Below, piece after piece: positions 40,638 through 53,772 of a DNA stretch of 64,000 bases. The DNA is from Mizuhopecten yessoensis (lineage: Eukaryota). The first letter of the stretch is position 1, and each line of letters starts with the position of its first letter. The DNA lies in assembly GCF_002113885.1 (NCBI RefSeq), contig NW_018405547.1:23826-87825 (forward strand). Reading direction: 5' to 3'. The notes under the pieces were generated by a model. The model was given only the letters and a program-made list of their open reading frames with translations, was not told the origin of the DNA and did not search any database. Position numbers and translations under genes: made by a program.

Positions 40638-40685
40638 GTATAAAAACCGGAACCGAAAACTACAACGTAAAGATACAGATACATG
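39495..40685 (+). mobile_element. 5'-truncated CR1/L2-type LINE (RT domains and 3' end)
   Basis: HKLDNYGIRG, SGVPQGTVLGPLLFL, LFADDCLIY, YLGLTIS..LKWNTH, LERIQRLAARF; (CT)n and AGATACAGATAC tail. Confidence 0.92.
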
Positions 40686-41880
40686 ATGTGTTGATAATTT
40701 TACGTAAGTCATCTACAAGTTCTTCTAGTTCTCCTAGCATCTTTTTCTCCTCGTTCAGTGTAATTCTTATCCCTGGTAATTCATCAATCATATGGTGTTG
40801 TGTCAGTTGTATCAGTTCTCTTGTAAAGTCACAATGATAAAATAGGTGGTCTAATGTTTCTGTTTCTCTGCTACACAAATGGCACTTACCATTAAACCTG
40901 TTCATCTGTTGGAGATTTTGTTCTGTGTATATAATTCTGTGTAAGCATTTCCATTGCAACTCTTTCATTTTTAAGGGAATTTCTATATTGTGTACTTGAT
41001 CCCAAATATTGTACCATTCAATTTCCTTTTGAAAATGAATTTCCCATTTTTCTTCTGATTTAAGTTTTACATTTGTTGTCAAGATTCTTTGAACTGTGTT
41101 CTCTTTCAATTGCATGGGTTTTGTTGTGGAAAATGTACCATCTTTTAAATATCCTAAACTTAAATCCTCGTTTAATATATAATATCTTTAGTTTTGTTGG
41201 CTGATTGTGTTTGTTATTTAAGTATTAAGAGAAATCTCTGAGGGATTGCTTTTATTTTATTTTAGTGAATTCAGCTATCCAGTTTTGTTTGTGGGTCAGT
41301 GTATTTAACAATGGATTATTATCTATGAATTTGTTATGTTTACTGTCCCATATTTCCTAAATTTTGTTTATTCAACTTTTTGCACATGACAGTAAAGTAA
41401 GGGGTTTTCTGTTTAATTGTATGTTAATATTGCCCAGTAATTTCTGGTTAAGAATTTGTTGCAGTGTGAGATTCAGCATTTTTACTTGTAGTTTGGCCCA
41501 ACGAATAGACCATTTCTATAAAATTAAGGTATTTTTGTAAGGTCTAGTCCACTAAGGTCTTAACATCTATATAAATAGTTATGCATGTTATATTTGTTGT
41601 CAAACTGTTGTATGTAAAATCTACCTTTACAGTTCCAGCTCTGTGGTGTTGAGTGTATACTTTTATATATTGTTTTAATGTATTTAGTATCTATGAAAGT
41701 TTCTAAGTATACCATCGTCATTTCTCCTGTATTCGTATCATTGCAAACTACTTTCCTCTCTATATGGTTATTTTTGTGTACCTCATATGTAATTCCCGAT
41801 CAGTGTATTAATTTCTTTCATATAATTTAATTGTATTCCCCTGGCTTCTATTTCAAATCGTATTGCTGATAATACTAATG
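40686..41880 (-). mobile_element. L1/Tx1-type LINE ORF2 C-terminal fragment (zf-RVT)
   Basis: KMKELQWKCLHRIIYT...CHLCSRETETLDHLFYHC (CxxC..E..H...C zinc knuckle). Confidence 0.8.
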
Positions 41881-43742
41881 ATCTGTTGCCAGCAACCTAA
41901 AACTCCTTCCGAAGCGGCATGTAGGAAATTGAGACGGAAACTTATGTAAGGTAATATGTTCGATGGTTACTATGGTCGTAACTGAACATCAACATCGTTG
42001 TTGACTGAGTGGTTTGAAACATATGCTTAATCATTTTTAAAGTAAGCAAAGGTTAATTACAGTAAAGCAATATTAAGTTTTGGCAAAAATTGTCAGAAGG
42101 TAACTTTACAATTTAATAAAACATTTTGATGCAGTATGGTCATCGAATATACGAAGGAATTGTATTTTTTAAATTAAAAACAAATCGTTTTGACATCTTT
42201 TGCTTGTGCTGGAATTAAATGTCGTTTATTTCGATTTCATCAAATTCTTCATCAGTTACACAGTTACAGGAAATAAATGCATAATTGCATGATAAGATAG
42301 CTATTGCTATACCAAGGATTTGTTAATGGAGACACTTGAGTTAAGACTTTGGTGGCTGTATTATAAAATAGCAATGAAACACACAGATAGTGGTGCATTT
42401 ATTGTTAGATTGCTTAAATCCAATATTCTTCTAATTTGTAACAATTTCTCTTTTAATTAAAACCAAAACAAATTGTGCCTCGTCATCAAAAAATAGCAAT
42501 GTTTAAAAACCTCAAACTGTTTAATTTATTGATTCTTGATCTATTTAAAGTAATGCAGCCAAAATTGTAGTATACATTATAAGTAAACAATCTGACGAGG
42601 TCGTACATTTATTTCTATTGCGCTATACCCGCGGAATAATACCAAAAGCAATTGAATCACTCTGTGCGGCACCATTGAAACAGCAAGAAATAGACTTAAG
42701 TTTTCCAGAGATACAAGGTTCATTAATCACGAGAGACATTTATCTTAAGTAGAAATTTAAAGGTGTTTAATTCATTATGATGTCATAGCTAGAATTACAT
42801 ACCAGTAGGTGCACCTTAACACAAGTCAACGTGGACTGATTTAATCGCTAGAAATACGAAGCAAGAAAGCAGCTTTTTGAAAATCTAAAACGTCGATTTA
42901 AAAACAACCGAAGGTAACTTGTTACTGCACCATATGTGTTTGTCCATTTCATGAAAGACGCCGAATGACGTGAAATAATTAATAGATCACGAGGTAAGGA
43001 AGCGCCTACTGAATAGGACGTCAATACAGAAAGACATTCACTATGATGACAATGGTCGTCTTATGACTCATCACTGAAACTAAATACTGAACTAAATTCT
43101 AAGTTTGTTTTGAACAAAACTCTATTTTAGAACGGTTTAGAGTCGAGACACCGGTTACTGATTGCTTGACAAAGACAACAGACGGTTTTGAAAGCCCTCA
43201 AACAAGTGTTTAATTACTTTTTTTGTGTCTAAAACGAACTAAGCGTTTATCATTTTTACCAAATTGATTAATTTTATTCCTGATATTACAAGGTTGAAAA
43301 CAATGAAATAAAATGTGTAATATATACGTACGATATGTAGAAATACAAAAAGGAGACGGTGCCTCTAACACCTTTCAAAACTTTTTTTTAATTGACGATT
43401 TGTAAGTTTTAACAGGAAATGTATGACCATATTTCAAGAGAAATATTTGTTTTATCTACATTTAAAATGTATACCTAGGTATACACCTGTTTCACTATCC
43501 CAATACTTGGTATTTATTGCAACTGAAAAGAAAAAATTGGAGTCCGGGTATGGTATTTTCATTCAGGCATAAGGCAAGACTAGTTTATGGTGTCAGCCTA
43601 CCATGTAGATCTACACAGACGTCGTACCAGTTACACAAGGCTTCCAACTTTGATCGATGGACCATTACCTGTTGTTATGCGATGTTGTAATTACATGGGC
43701 ATGTTTCCTGGGTTGATCAGTAAGTTCACCAAAGATAGAGCG

Positions 43743-43804
43743 TATAAATACCGGCCCATTTCTTTTAGATATTTTATCCTCTCCACATCGGCGCATATGA
43801 ACAG
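43743..43804 (+). promoter_or_regulatory. TATA box and non-coding exon 1 of paralog B
   Basis: TATAAATA at 43743-43750, donor ACAG|GTAAGC at 43804; conserved in copy C. Confidence 0.7.
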
Positions 43805-44215
43805 GTAAGCAAGATTTATATGAAAACGTAATGATCTGATGGAACGTTTGTAGCCTAGTCTTTAAGTGACTGGTATTGATTAATATGCTAGTTAGTACAT
43901 AACAAGGGACATGTATTGCTTACATTTTGTTTTTGCTTCTATCGTTATCGACAGAAAGGTGAGTTAAGTATAAATATGTATATTTGAGGAAGTAAGACAA
44001 AATAATGTTGTTTTCTTAATGATTATAATAGTTAAAACTCTGTTCCTTACATCATGCCGGTTTTATCTTTATTTTATGTCTTTTTTTAATATTTGATAAA
44101 TGCATTTGTTTTACAGAGGAATTCATGTTTTTAAAATATTATTACTATCAACATCAAACCAGCATACACATTTTAATAATGCTTGTGAATTTTCAACCTC
44201 AACTTCAGGATCAAC

Positions 44216-44585
44216 ATGAACTATCTTACCTTTGCCCTTTCGACCTTCGCCTTTCTCGTGACCCTTGACTGCTGTCTTGGGAACGGTTATGGTGGCTATG
44301 GTGGATATGGAGGGGGATATGACATGTATGGAGGCTATGGAGGTTACGGCGGATACGGAGGGGGATACGGCGGGTCCGGAGGGGGATATGGCCAGGGATA
44401 TGGAAAAGGATATGGAGGGGGATATGGACAAGGATACGGTGGGGGATATGGACATGGATACGGCGGGAAAGGTTATGGCATGCCCCAACAGGCATTGTAC
44501 ATCCCCTATCCTATGCCAGTAGGTCCCGCTCCAGGTGCTGTCGCGGGAGCCTACGCAGCCGGAGATGACAATTCCCTCCTTCTGT
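44216..44585 (+). CDS. Gly/Tyr-rich secreted structural protein (paralog B), main coding exon
   Basis: CTTCAG| acceptor at 44208; signal peptide MNYLTFALSTFAFLVTLDCCLG; GGYG repeats; donor T|GTGAGT in phase 1. Confidence 0.9.
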
Positions 44586-44732
44586 GTGAGTATTATATCT
44601 AATATTTAAAATCTCCAAAAGTTCATATATTAACATAGGTCGAAAGTATTTGCAAATAAGAAACCATAAATCAATATAATTTGATAAAGTACCTTCAAAT
44701 AATGTTATTTACTTGTATACGATTTCTTTCAG

Positions 44733-44785
44733 TTGGAGGTGCCGCCTTGCTTCTGCTGCTGTTGAGTAACAACAATATTGGATAA
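44733..44785 (+). CDS. Paralog B last coding exon (FGGAALLLLLLSNNNIG*)
   Basis: TTTCAG| acceptor in phase 1, TAA at 44783-44785; 140 aa total; 3'-UTR intron 44815-44956; AATAAA at 45051. Confidence 0.85.
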
Positions 44786-45786
44786 GTCACCACTTAAATC
44801 TCGATCTACAACGGGTATGTATGCTTAGAAATTAGTAATCGTTACAATGCTTCTGGAATAATTTTTACAATTTTTACATTTTACAATTAGATGTTATATC
44901 AAAATCATACCTTTTTAATTACAACGCCATTTTCATTTTGTTGTTTTTTGTTTTAGATTACAGACCTGATTCTCATTTTTGTGCGCAAGACTCCTTGGCT
45001 GTAACCAAAGACCCCTGTGTGTTTCCTGTTTTACCTTATATTGGTTCTTTAATAAAGCATGGTTATTTATAAATTATTCGAGTTATCTGTTACTTCACGA
45101 TTGAATTGCTGATCTTGAAAATTTGGAGATACAATAAGCTCATAGGAACGTTTAAAGCGTAACTTGCAATGTATTTGGTACACACAATTGTTTGACCATT
45201 TTACATGGTATCTGGCTTTATAACAATTCCATACAAGAAGCTAATTAACAAAATAATCAAAAATAACAACAACAACAACAACAAGAAAAAACAACAAAAA
45301 AAACCCCCAAAAAAACACATAATATTAAGTTTATCAGTTTTACTGTCATGATCATTGTTATACCGATAAATATTTGTTGAGTTCAAATTAATCTTATCCG
45401 AGAAAATAAGATAACTATTAATGTGATGTAATAACATTTGTTTCCACCTTGCTGTTATTTCTACAGCAAATCTTGTTATTTACTTTGTCAATTGGTGAAC
45501 ATATAACGACTATTGATAAAGTATAGGTGTCTCATATTGAAGTTAATGTGCACTATCATCAGAAACAATAGTTGAAATATTATTGACAGAGAAGAAATTA
45601 AGAGAACTTCACCAAAGAGTTATCATGAGCTGGTCTGAAATATTGCATTGAAGCCTTATTTTATCCTCTTATGCACTTAATTCGGACAATGCGTGTTAAA
45701 TGTAATTGTGTTTCGATATTTTTAAATAAGCATGTGACAAACCCCTACGACAATAAAGATTGCAAATGAAAATTGATTCCCTACTG

Positions 45787-46465
45787 GACTAACAATTTCA
45801 GACGACCTCAAGTGGAACACCCACATACTAAAACTATCAAGAAAAGACAGCTCGATCCTTTGCTTTCTCAAAAGAAATCTAAAACATTGCCCATCGTCTT
45901 GCAAGAAAACAGCATATATATCCCTAGTACGATACATCCTTGAATACGGCGTTATTATTTGGGACCCATATACCAAAAACGAAAATGACAAACTGGAGAA
46001 AATACAGCGCTTGGCAGCCAGGTTCATTATAAGTGACTATAAATCAAGGGAAGATGGATGTATCACAAGGATGCTGGAGAACCTGGAACTACCAACACTC
46101 CAGGTCAGGCGAGCACATCAGAGGGTCACATTTATGTACAAGGTGGTTGAGGGGTTGATACCAGCTATACCTCCAGCTGATCATCTAACAATATATAAAA
46201 CATGTCGTAGAAACATGAGTGATAAACAGCTCTAAATCCCATACAGTACCAAAGTCAATCTGTGATCAATACAGGAACTCATTATTTGTACGTACAGTCA
46301 TGGAGTGGAACCATCTGGAAGAGGACTTAGTATATGCCCCGGCCCTACTTTGGAGACCTTTAAGAGTGCTATAACGCACCAAAACTCTAACCGATTTGCT
46401 CTCTCTCTGACCCGTTGTATAAAAACTGGGCCCGGGAACTACAACGTAAAGATACAGATACATGA
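45787..46465 (+). mobile_element. Duplicated CR1/L2 LINE 3' fragment
   Basis: Near-identical to 39927-40685. Confidence 0.88.
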
Positions 46466-47660
46466 TGTGTTGATAATTTTACGTAAGTCATCCACAAGTT
46501 CTTCTAGTTCTCCTAGAATCATTTTCTCCTCGTTCAGTGTAATTCTTATCCCTGGTAATTTATCAATTATATGATGTTGTGTCAGCTGTATCAATTCTTT
46601 TGTAAAGTCACAGTGATAAAATAGGTGGTCTAATGTTTCTGTTTCTCTGCTACACAAATGGCACTTACCATTAGACCGGTTAATTTTTGGAGTTTTTTTT
46701 GTTCTGTGTATATAATTCTGTGTAAGCATTTCCATTGCAGCTCTTTCATTTTTAAGGGAATTTCTATATTGTGTACTTGATCCCAAATAATATACCATTC
46801 AAATTCTTTTTGAAAATGAATTTTCCATTTTTCTTCTGATTTAAATTTTGCATTTGGTGTCAAGATTCTTTGGACTGCATGTGTACTCTTTCAATTGCCT
46901 GGGTTTTGTTGTGGAAATGTACCATCTTTTAAATATCCTTAACTTAAATCCTCGTTTAATATAATTAAATTTGTTTTGTTGGCTGATTGTGTTTGTTGTT
47001 TAAGTATTAGGAGAATTCTCTTAGGGATTGCTTTTTTTAATTTAGTGAATTCAGCTATCCAGTTTTTATTGAGAGTCAGTTTATTGAACAATGAATTACT
47101 ACCTATGAATTTGTTATGTGTACTGTCCCATATGTCCTTAATTTTGTGTATTCCACTTTTTGCAAAAGACAGTAAAGTAAGTTCTTTTGTTAAACTGTAC
47201 GTTAATATTGCCTAGTAATTTCTGGTTAAGAATTTGTTGCAGTGTGTGATTTGGCATTTTTACTTGTAGTTTGGCCCAGAAGAATAGGGAATTTCTATAT
47301 AATTAAGGTATTTTTGTAAGGTCTAGTTCACTTAGGTCTTAACATTTACATAAATAGTTATGCATGTTATGTTATATTTGTTGTCAAACTCTTGTATGTA
47401 ATCTAAACCTATACAGTTCTTTGGTGTTGAGTGTGTTTTTTTTAATGCATTTGGTATCTATGAAAGTTTCTAAGTATAACCTTCTCATTCCTCCTGTATT
47501 CGTATCATTGCAAACTACTTTCATCTCTATTTGGTTATTTTTTGTACCCATATGTAATTCCAGATCAGTGTATTAATTTCTTTCATATAATTTAATGGTA
47601 TTCCCCTGGCTTCTACTTCAAATCGTATTACTGACAATACTGATAATAAGCAAAAGTTAA
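46466..47660 (-). mobile_element. Duplicated L1/Tx1 fragment
   Basis: Near-identical to 40686-41880, same zf-RVT motif. Confidence 0.8.
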
Positions 47661-48100
47661 TGACAGTAAAGCAATATTAAGTTTTGGCAAAAAATGTCAG
47701 AAGGTAACTTTACAATATAATAAACATTTTGATGCTGTATGGTCATCGAATATACGAAAGAATTGTATTTTTTTTATTTAAAAACAAATCGTTTTTACAT
47801 CTCTTGCTTGTGCTTGAATGTAATGTCAGTTATTTCGATTTCATCAAATTCTTCATCAGTTACACAATACATGAAAAAAAATCAAGGAAATAAATGCATA
47901 ATTGCACGATAAGATGTTGAAACATGATTTTATATAAGAACGAAATCTAATCCTATAAATGCACCTATAGCTATAAATAGGATTTATAAATGGAAACACC
48001 TGAGTTGAAAGCTTAGATGGCTGTATTATAAAATAGCAATGAAACACTCAGATAGGGGTGCATTTATTGTTAGATTGCTTAAGTCCAATATTCTTCTAAG

Positions 48101-50980
48101 GACCTGTTACAGGAACAAAAGAATTTTGCCCACAAAGCAATTTAACCATTACTGGGTTATATTTGTAGCTCCCTAAGACACGATCCATGAGATATTTCAA
48201 AAAAAATAAAAAGGTCCCCAGGGCCTGTGCTATGAACTATTTAGTGCCGCCTTCCAGAGGTGTACGACAGGGTTCACTTTTTTGTCCAAAAACTATCAAA
48301 ACAATGTTTTACGCTATCAAATAATATTACATTATTTAAAGTAGGATCTGCTGCAAATTATGAACTCAAATATGTAACAAAAAATTGCATAATAAAAAAG
48401 TTATAAAACTCTAAAAATGTTGGTATTTTCATACACTTTTTTGCTACATTAATTATTTTAAGGAAGTAAAACACCAATTGCCGGTTCTTGTACACCAAAA
48501 ATCTTTACATATGTTTTGATGCATTATGTTGAGATACGATAGTGAAAATTTCAGAAAATTTGAGAACCGGTAAATTTGTCATTTAAATGTAAAATTGTAG
48601 CAACGTCTATTTCCAAATAAAATCCAACAACCTTATGACCTATAGTCATGTTTGATCATTTAACAATATGTCGCACCAATTTATCATCGCAACTGATCAA
48701 ATTTTCCTCACTAAGATCTTCTGCTCATGATGAGCCCAACTATAAAGCTAGATGTTGCAAAATAAAAACGTTATGCAGTCTCACACACATAAAAGTTTAG
48801 TATGTTATGTACATTTTTAGTTGTTTCGCTTCTTTACGGAAGTGATAGACATATTTTCGGTTTTTGTACACCAACATACTTTGGATATGTTTTGGCACAT
48901 TATTTTGACCGACGATAGTAGAAATTTCGAAAAAAATGGTATTCGGTAAATGTGTCATCTTAAGGATAATATGTTGTATGACCAATGTCAAAATAAATCG
49001 TCAATAACTACAGGTCAATGCGATTTTGGCTTGTGGTACATATCAGCTGAAGCTGGCACCTGGCTATATCACAGAACATCAGACAGATGGGGGTGATGAT
49101 GAGATATGGGTACCAGCATGCTGATGACCTTCTCCGAGGCTAAAATACAATGTCTGGATAGAGTTTGACCTACACGCATCAGAGGATCCTGTCAAGGCAT
49201 ACTATTGTGTGTGTCCTGCAGGAAAGAGAACATCGGGTATGGGTACTAATGTCGGATCAATACTGTATTATCTAGGATACTATGCACATTAAACAGATGC
49301 TAAACCGCTCCAGCCTTCAGATCGCAAATTCAGAGACTGCATATTATGAATGCATTCAAAAAAGAAACATTATTCAATTATAGCCTTTGGCTGAGGTCGA
49401 TACCTGGATTTATCGACCCGAGGAAAGATATATTAACCGAGGACGCATTCCGAGGTCTTTTTCTCGGGTCGATAAATCCAGGTATTGACCGAAGTTAAAG
49501 GCTTCAATTGTTTTATTATTTTACAAAAGAGTAATGTAACCAATCTGAAAACAAAACAAAAAAATCTTCGGAAGTGGGACGGTGCATTGTTTGGAGACAC
49601 GTCATAATTCTATTTTAAGAAACATCCAGTCCTTCAACAAAAATCATGCGCTCCAAGTCAATATTAGTTTTTATCGGTGGACACTTGATGCACTTCTGGC
49701 CAATTACTTGTGGGGAATAATATGAAAAAATAATAAGACCTAAGATTGAACTGAGAAAGGAGAAATTAAGAAAAAAAATTGAATGATCAATTTTGACTAT
49801 GTGTTGTCAAATTAAAAACAACAACAGTGAATACAACAATCTATGAATTGGAAACTATAACTCTCCTAAAAAGAAACAATGTGATGGGTTAACATCTTCA
49901 ACATATTATACTGGTACACCAAATGTTCTGACAAATTGCCTAACTTTTGCTGTATTCCCCCCTTGAACTACCTAGTTTAGTTAACCAGCCATACTCTACT
50001 ATAAACCATATCATCCACCTTGATAGTATATTGGAATAATTTTGGGTTAATTATGAAATACTTGCATTGACCTGTAGTTATTGACGATTTGTTTTGACAT
50101 TGGTCATACAACGTATTATCCTTAAGATGACACATTTACCGAATACCGATTTTTTCGAAATTTCTACTATGGTCAGTCAACATAATGTGCCAAATAATAT
50201 CAAAGTATGTTGGTGTACAAAACCGGAAATATGTCTATTCACTTCCATAAAGATGCGAAACAACTAAAAATGTACATAACAAACTATACTTTTATGTGTG
50301 TGAGACTGCATGACTTTTTTATTTTTATTTTGCAACATCTAGCTTTATAGTTGGGCTCATCATGAGCAGCAGACCTTATTGATGAAAATTTGATCAGTTG
50401 CGATAATAAATTGGTTCGACATATTGTTAAATGATCAAACATGGCTATAGGTCATAAGGTTGTTGGATTTTATTTGGAAATAGACGTTGCGACAATTTGA
50501 CATTTATATGACAAATTTACCGGTTCTCAAATTTTCTGAAAATTTTACTATCATATCTCAACATAATGCACCAAATAATATTTAAAGATTTTTGGTGTAC
50601 AAGAAACGGAAACTGGTGTTTAATTCCGTAAAACAATTGATGTAGCAAAACAGTGTATGAAAATACCAACATTTTTAGAGTTTAAGATTTTATAACTTTT
50701 TTATTATGCAATTTTTTGTTACATATTTGAGTTCATAATTTGCAGCAGATCCTACTTTAAATAATGTAATATTAGTTGATAGCGTAAAACATTGTTTTGA
50801 TAGTTTTTTGGACAAAAAAGTGAACCCTGTCGTACACCTCTGGAAGGCGGCACTAAATAGTTCATAGCACAGGCCCTTGGGACCTTTTTATTTTTTTTTG
50901 AAATATCTCATGGATCGTGTCTTAGGGAGCTACAAAATAACCCAGTACTGGTTAAATTGCTTTGTGGGCTGTAACAGGTC
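48101..50980. mobile_element. Non-autonomous DNA transposon with ~920-bp terminal inverted repeats and a transposase/SWIM relic
   Basis: 48101-49021 is the reverse complement of ~50064-50980 (ends GACCTGTTACAG/CTGTAACAGGTC); absent at the paralogous site ~42430; internal YQLKLAPGYITEH and YYCVCPAGKRT..SILYYLGY. Confidence 0.88.
49376..49520. repeat. Palindromic short repeat nested in the long-TIR element
   Basis: GGTCGATACCTGGATTTATCGACCCGAG ... CTCGGGTCGATAAATCCAGGTATTGACC inverted arms. Confidence 0.75.
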
Positions 50981-51253
50981 ATTTGTAACAATTTTTTTTT
51001 TTAATTTAAACCAAAGCAAATTGTGCCTCGTCATCAAAAAATAGCAACGTTTATAAAACTCAGACTGTTTAATTAAATGATTCTTGATGTATTTAAAGTA
51101 ATGTGGCCAAAATTGTAGTTTATATTATAAGTAAACAATCTGACGCTGCCGTACATTTATTTATATTGTATCTATCCCCGCGGAATAATACCAAAAGCAA
51201 TTAAATTCACCTGAAAGACACTATTGAAACAGCAAGAAACAGACTTAAGTTTT

Positions 51254-52579
51254 CAGGCGCGTAGCTGCCTATAGGCAGAATAGGCAACTGCCTACACGTC
51301 CAATTTCATAAATCCGCTTTTTTTTTTTACTGGTCCTTGTTTTTGTCGATTACATGTATAATTTTGCTTTTTGACTGTCTTCGGATAAATTTTTTCCCCG
51401 TCCCCGGTCCGTCATTAACGAGCCGTTCCCTTGCCGTCCAGTTTTCTTTTAGAAAGCCTATGTCTGATCGATAATCTTACGAACGCTTGTTTTATATGTA
51501 ACATACGCATATATATCGTATCAGAATCTGACATTGATTAAACTAAAGTTTTTGCAAAGTTTTCAATCTCGTCGTCGGCTTGGTATGTCACCTCCCTACC
51601 CCGACGTTGGTAATTTCGATTTAACTATCAACAAACGAGATAAACTGTCTCTAAAATGGACGGACTGCCACCAGTACAATTTTCCATCAAGGTATATAAA
51701 TATTTCTCCATATACACAGGCAATTGTCTCGTATGTGTGTGTGTATGCGAGTCTCATGTGTGTAGTATTATAAGTATCCTACACACATGAGACTCGCATA
51801 CGAGACGACTGCCTGTGTCCATACAGCCTTATAGGCCTATTGTTGTACTGAGAACAGATATATATAATATATACATTTATATTAGAGGTGTGTCAAAAGT
51901 TATAAATATGTCGCAGGAGAGATACTCGGGGAGGGGTAATTGAATTCCTAGGAAACAATTACAATATGGTATGGTGGGTCAATCTAATTACCGTGTGGAC
52001 GGGGCGAAAGCCCGTGGGAGGGGCGAGAGTTCGTGGGTCGAGGATCACATGGCAGTTAGAAATATATTGCAAGTGCACTCCAAAGTTTAACTAAATGGCC
52101 AGTTTGCTGCCCGGAAAACTCGGCGATTACAATTTGTCTGAACTCTGTCTGACCTCTGAAATCGTTCAGTTAACTTGTATACTGACTTTGGATAACGCTT
52201 AAAACATTTATTCACATAAATCACTGATGTTGCCCATCATAAAGTATGCATATTCGACAAAATGTGTGATATAATAAGGAATAAGATATATTTCCCGATA
52301 TTTTCTAACAAAAAAATGAGCTTTATTTTCATTAATTAAACTATTGCAATTGCCAGCGGAACACGGGAGATTGCTCCTAAGGCCTTCTATTATTCCAAAA
52401 TTTCCTGGGGGACGCCCCCCAGACCCCCACCAACCCCTCCCCTACCCTCCCCCTAACGCGCTTCGCGCTCGGGTGCTGCCTGCGGCAACACATTGTCGTG
52501 GAAAGATCCCCTCCCAATCCCTCCCCCTCTCGCGCTAACATTCTGCCTACATACCATATTCAACCCAGCTACGCCCCTG
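51254..52579. mobile_element. MITE-like element with 14-bp TIRs (hAT-like CAGGGG termini)
   Basis: CAGGCGCGTAGCTG ... CAGCTACGCCCCTG; GTTTT on both flanks; absent from duplication copy 1. Confidence 0.8.
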
Positions 52580-53341
52580 GTTTTCTTATGTCTTATGACG
52601 CGAAATAAGTAATAGATCACGAAGTAAGGAAGCGCCTACTGAATAGGACGTCGATACAGAAGGCAAACATACACTGTGATGACAATGGTTGTCTTATGAC
52701 TCATCACTGAAACTAAATAGTGAACTAAATTCTAAACAAAACTCTATTTTAGAGCGGTTTAGAGTTGAGACACCGGTCACTGTTTGCTTCACAAAGGAAA
52801 CAGATGGTTTTGAAATCCCTCAAAACAAGTGTTCAATTACTATTAGTGTTTAAAACAAACTAAGCCATTATCAAAGTGATGAATTTAATTCCTGATATTA
52901 CAAGGTTGAAAACAACGAAAAACATTGTATAATATTATACGTACGATATGTAGAAATACAAAAGGAGAAGGTGCCTCTGACACCTTTGACGATTTGTAAG
53001 TTTAAACATGAATTGTATAACCATACTTCAAGTGAAATATTGGTTTTATCTACATTTAAAATGCATACCTAGGTATACACCTGTTTCACTATCCCAATAC
53101 TTGGTATTCATTGCAACTGAAATAAAATAAAATTAGAAGTCCAGGTATGGTATTTTCATTCAAATAAGGCAAGACGAGTTGTTGGTGTCAGCCTACCATG
53201 TAGATAGATCTACATGGACGTCGTACCAGTTACACAAGGCTTCCAACTTTGATCGATGGACCATTACCTGTTGTTATGCGATGTTGTAATTACAGGTGCA
53301 TACTTCCCGGGTTGATCAGAAAGGTCACCAAAGATAGAGCG

Positions 53342-53400
53342 TATAAATACCAGCTCGGTTTTCAATATTTCATCCTCTCAACATCGGCGCATATGAACAG
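53342..53400 (+). promoter_or_regulatory. TATA box and non-coding exon 1 of paralog C
   Basis: TATAAATA at 53342-53349, donor ACAG|GTAAGC at 53400. Confidence 0.7.
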
Positions 53401-53772
53401 GTAAGCAAGATTTGAGATGAGTCTTTAAGTGACTGGTATTGATTAATATGCTAGTTAATAACAAGGGACATGTATTGCTTACATTTTGTTTTTGCTTCTA
53501 TCGTTATCGACAGAAAGGTGAGTTAAGTATGCATATTTATATTTGAGGTGGTAAGACAAAATAATGTTATTTTCTTAATGATTATAACAGTTAAAACTCT
53601 GTTCCTTACATCATGCCGGTTTTATGTTTATTTGATTTCATTTTTATTAATTGATAAATGCATTTGTTTACAGAGGAATTCCTGTTTTTAAAATATTATT
53701 ACTATAAACATCAAACCAGCATACACATTTTAATAATGCTTGTAAATTTGCAACCTCAACTTCAGAATCAGC

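Larger units (their letters stand above)
39927..45786. repeat. Tandem segmental duplication, copy 1 (~5.9 kb)
   Basis: LINE 3' part, Tx1 fragment, intergenic DNA and GY-rich gene all recur in the same order at 45787-55185. Confidence 0.9.
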
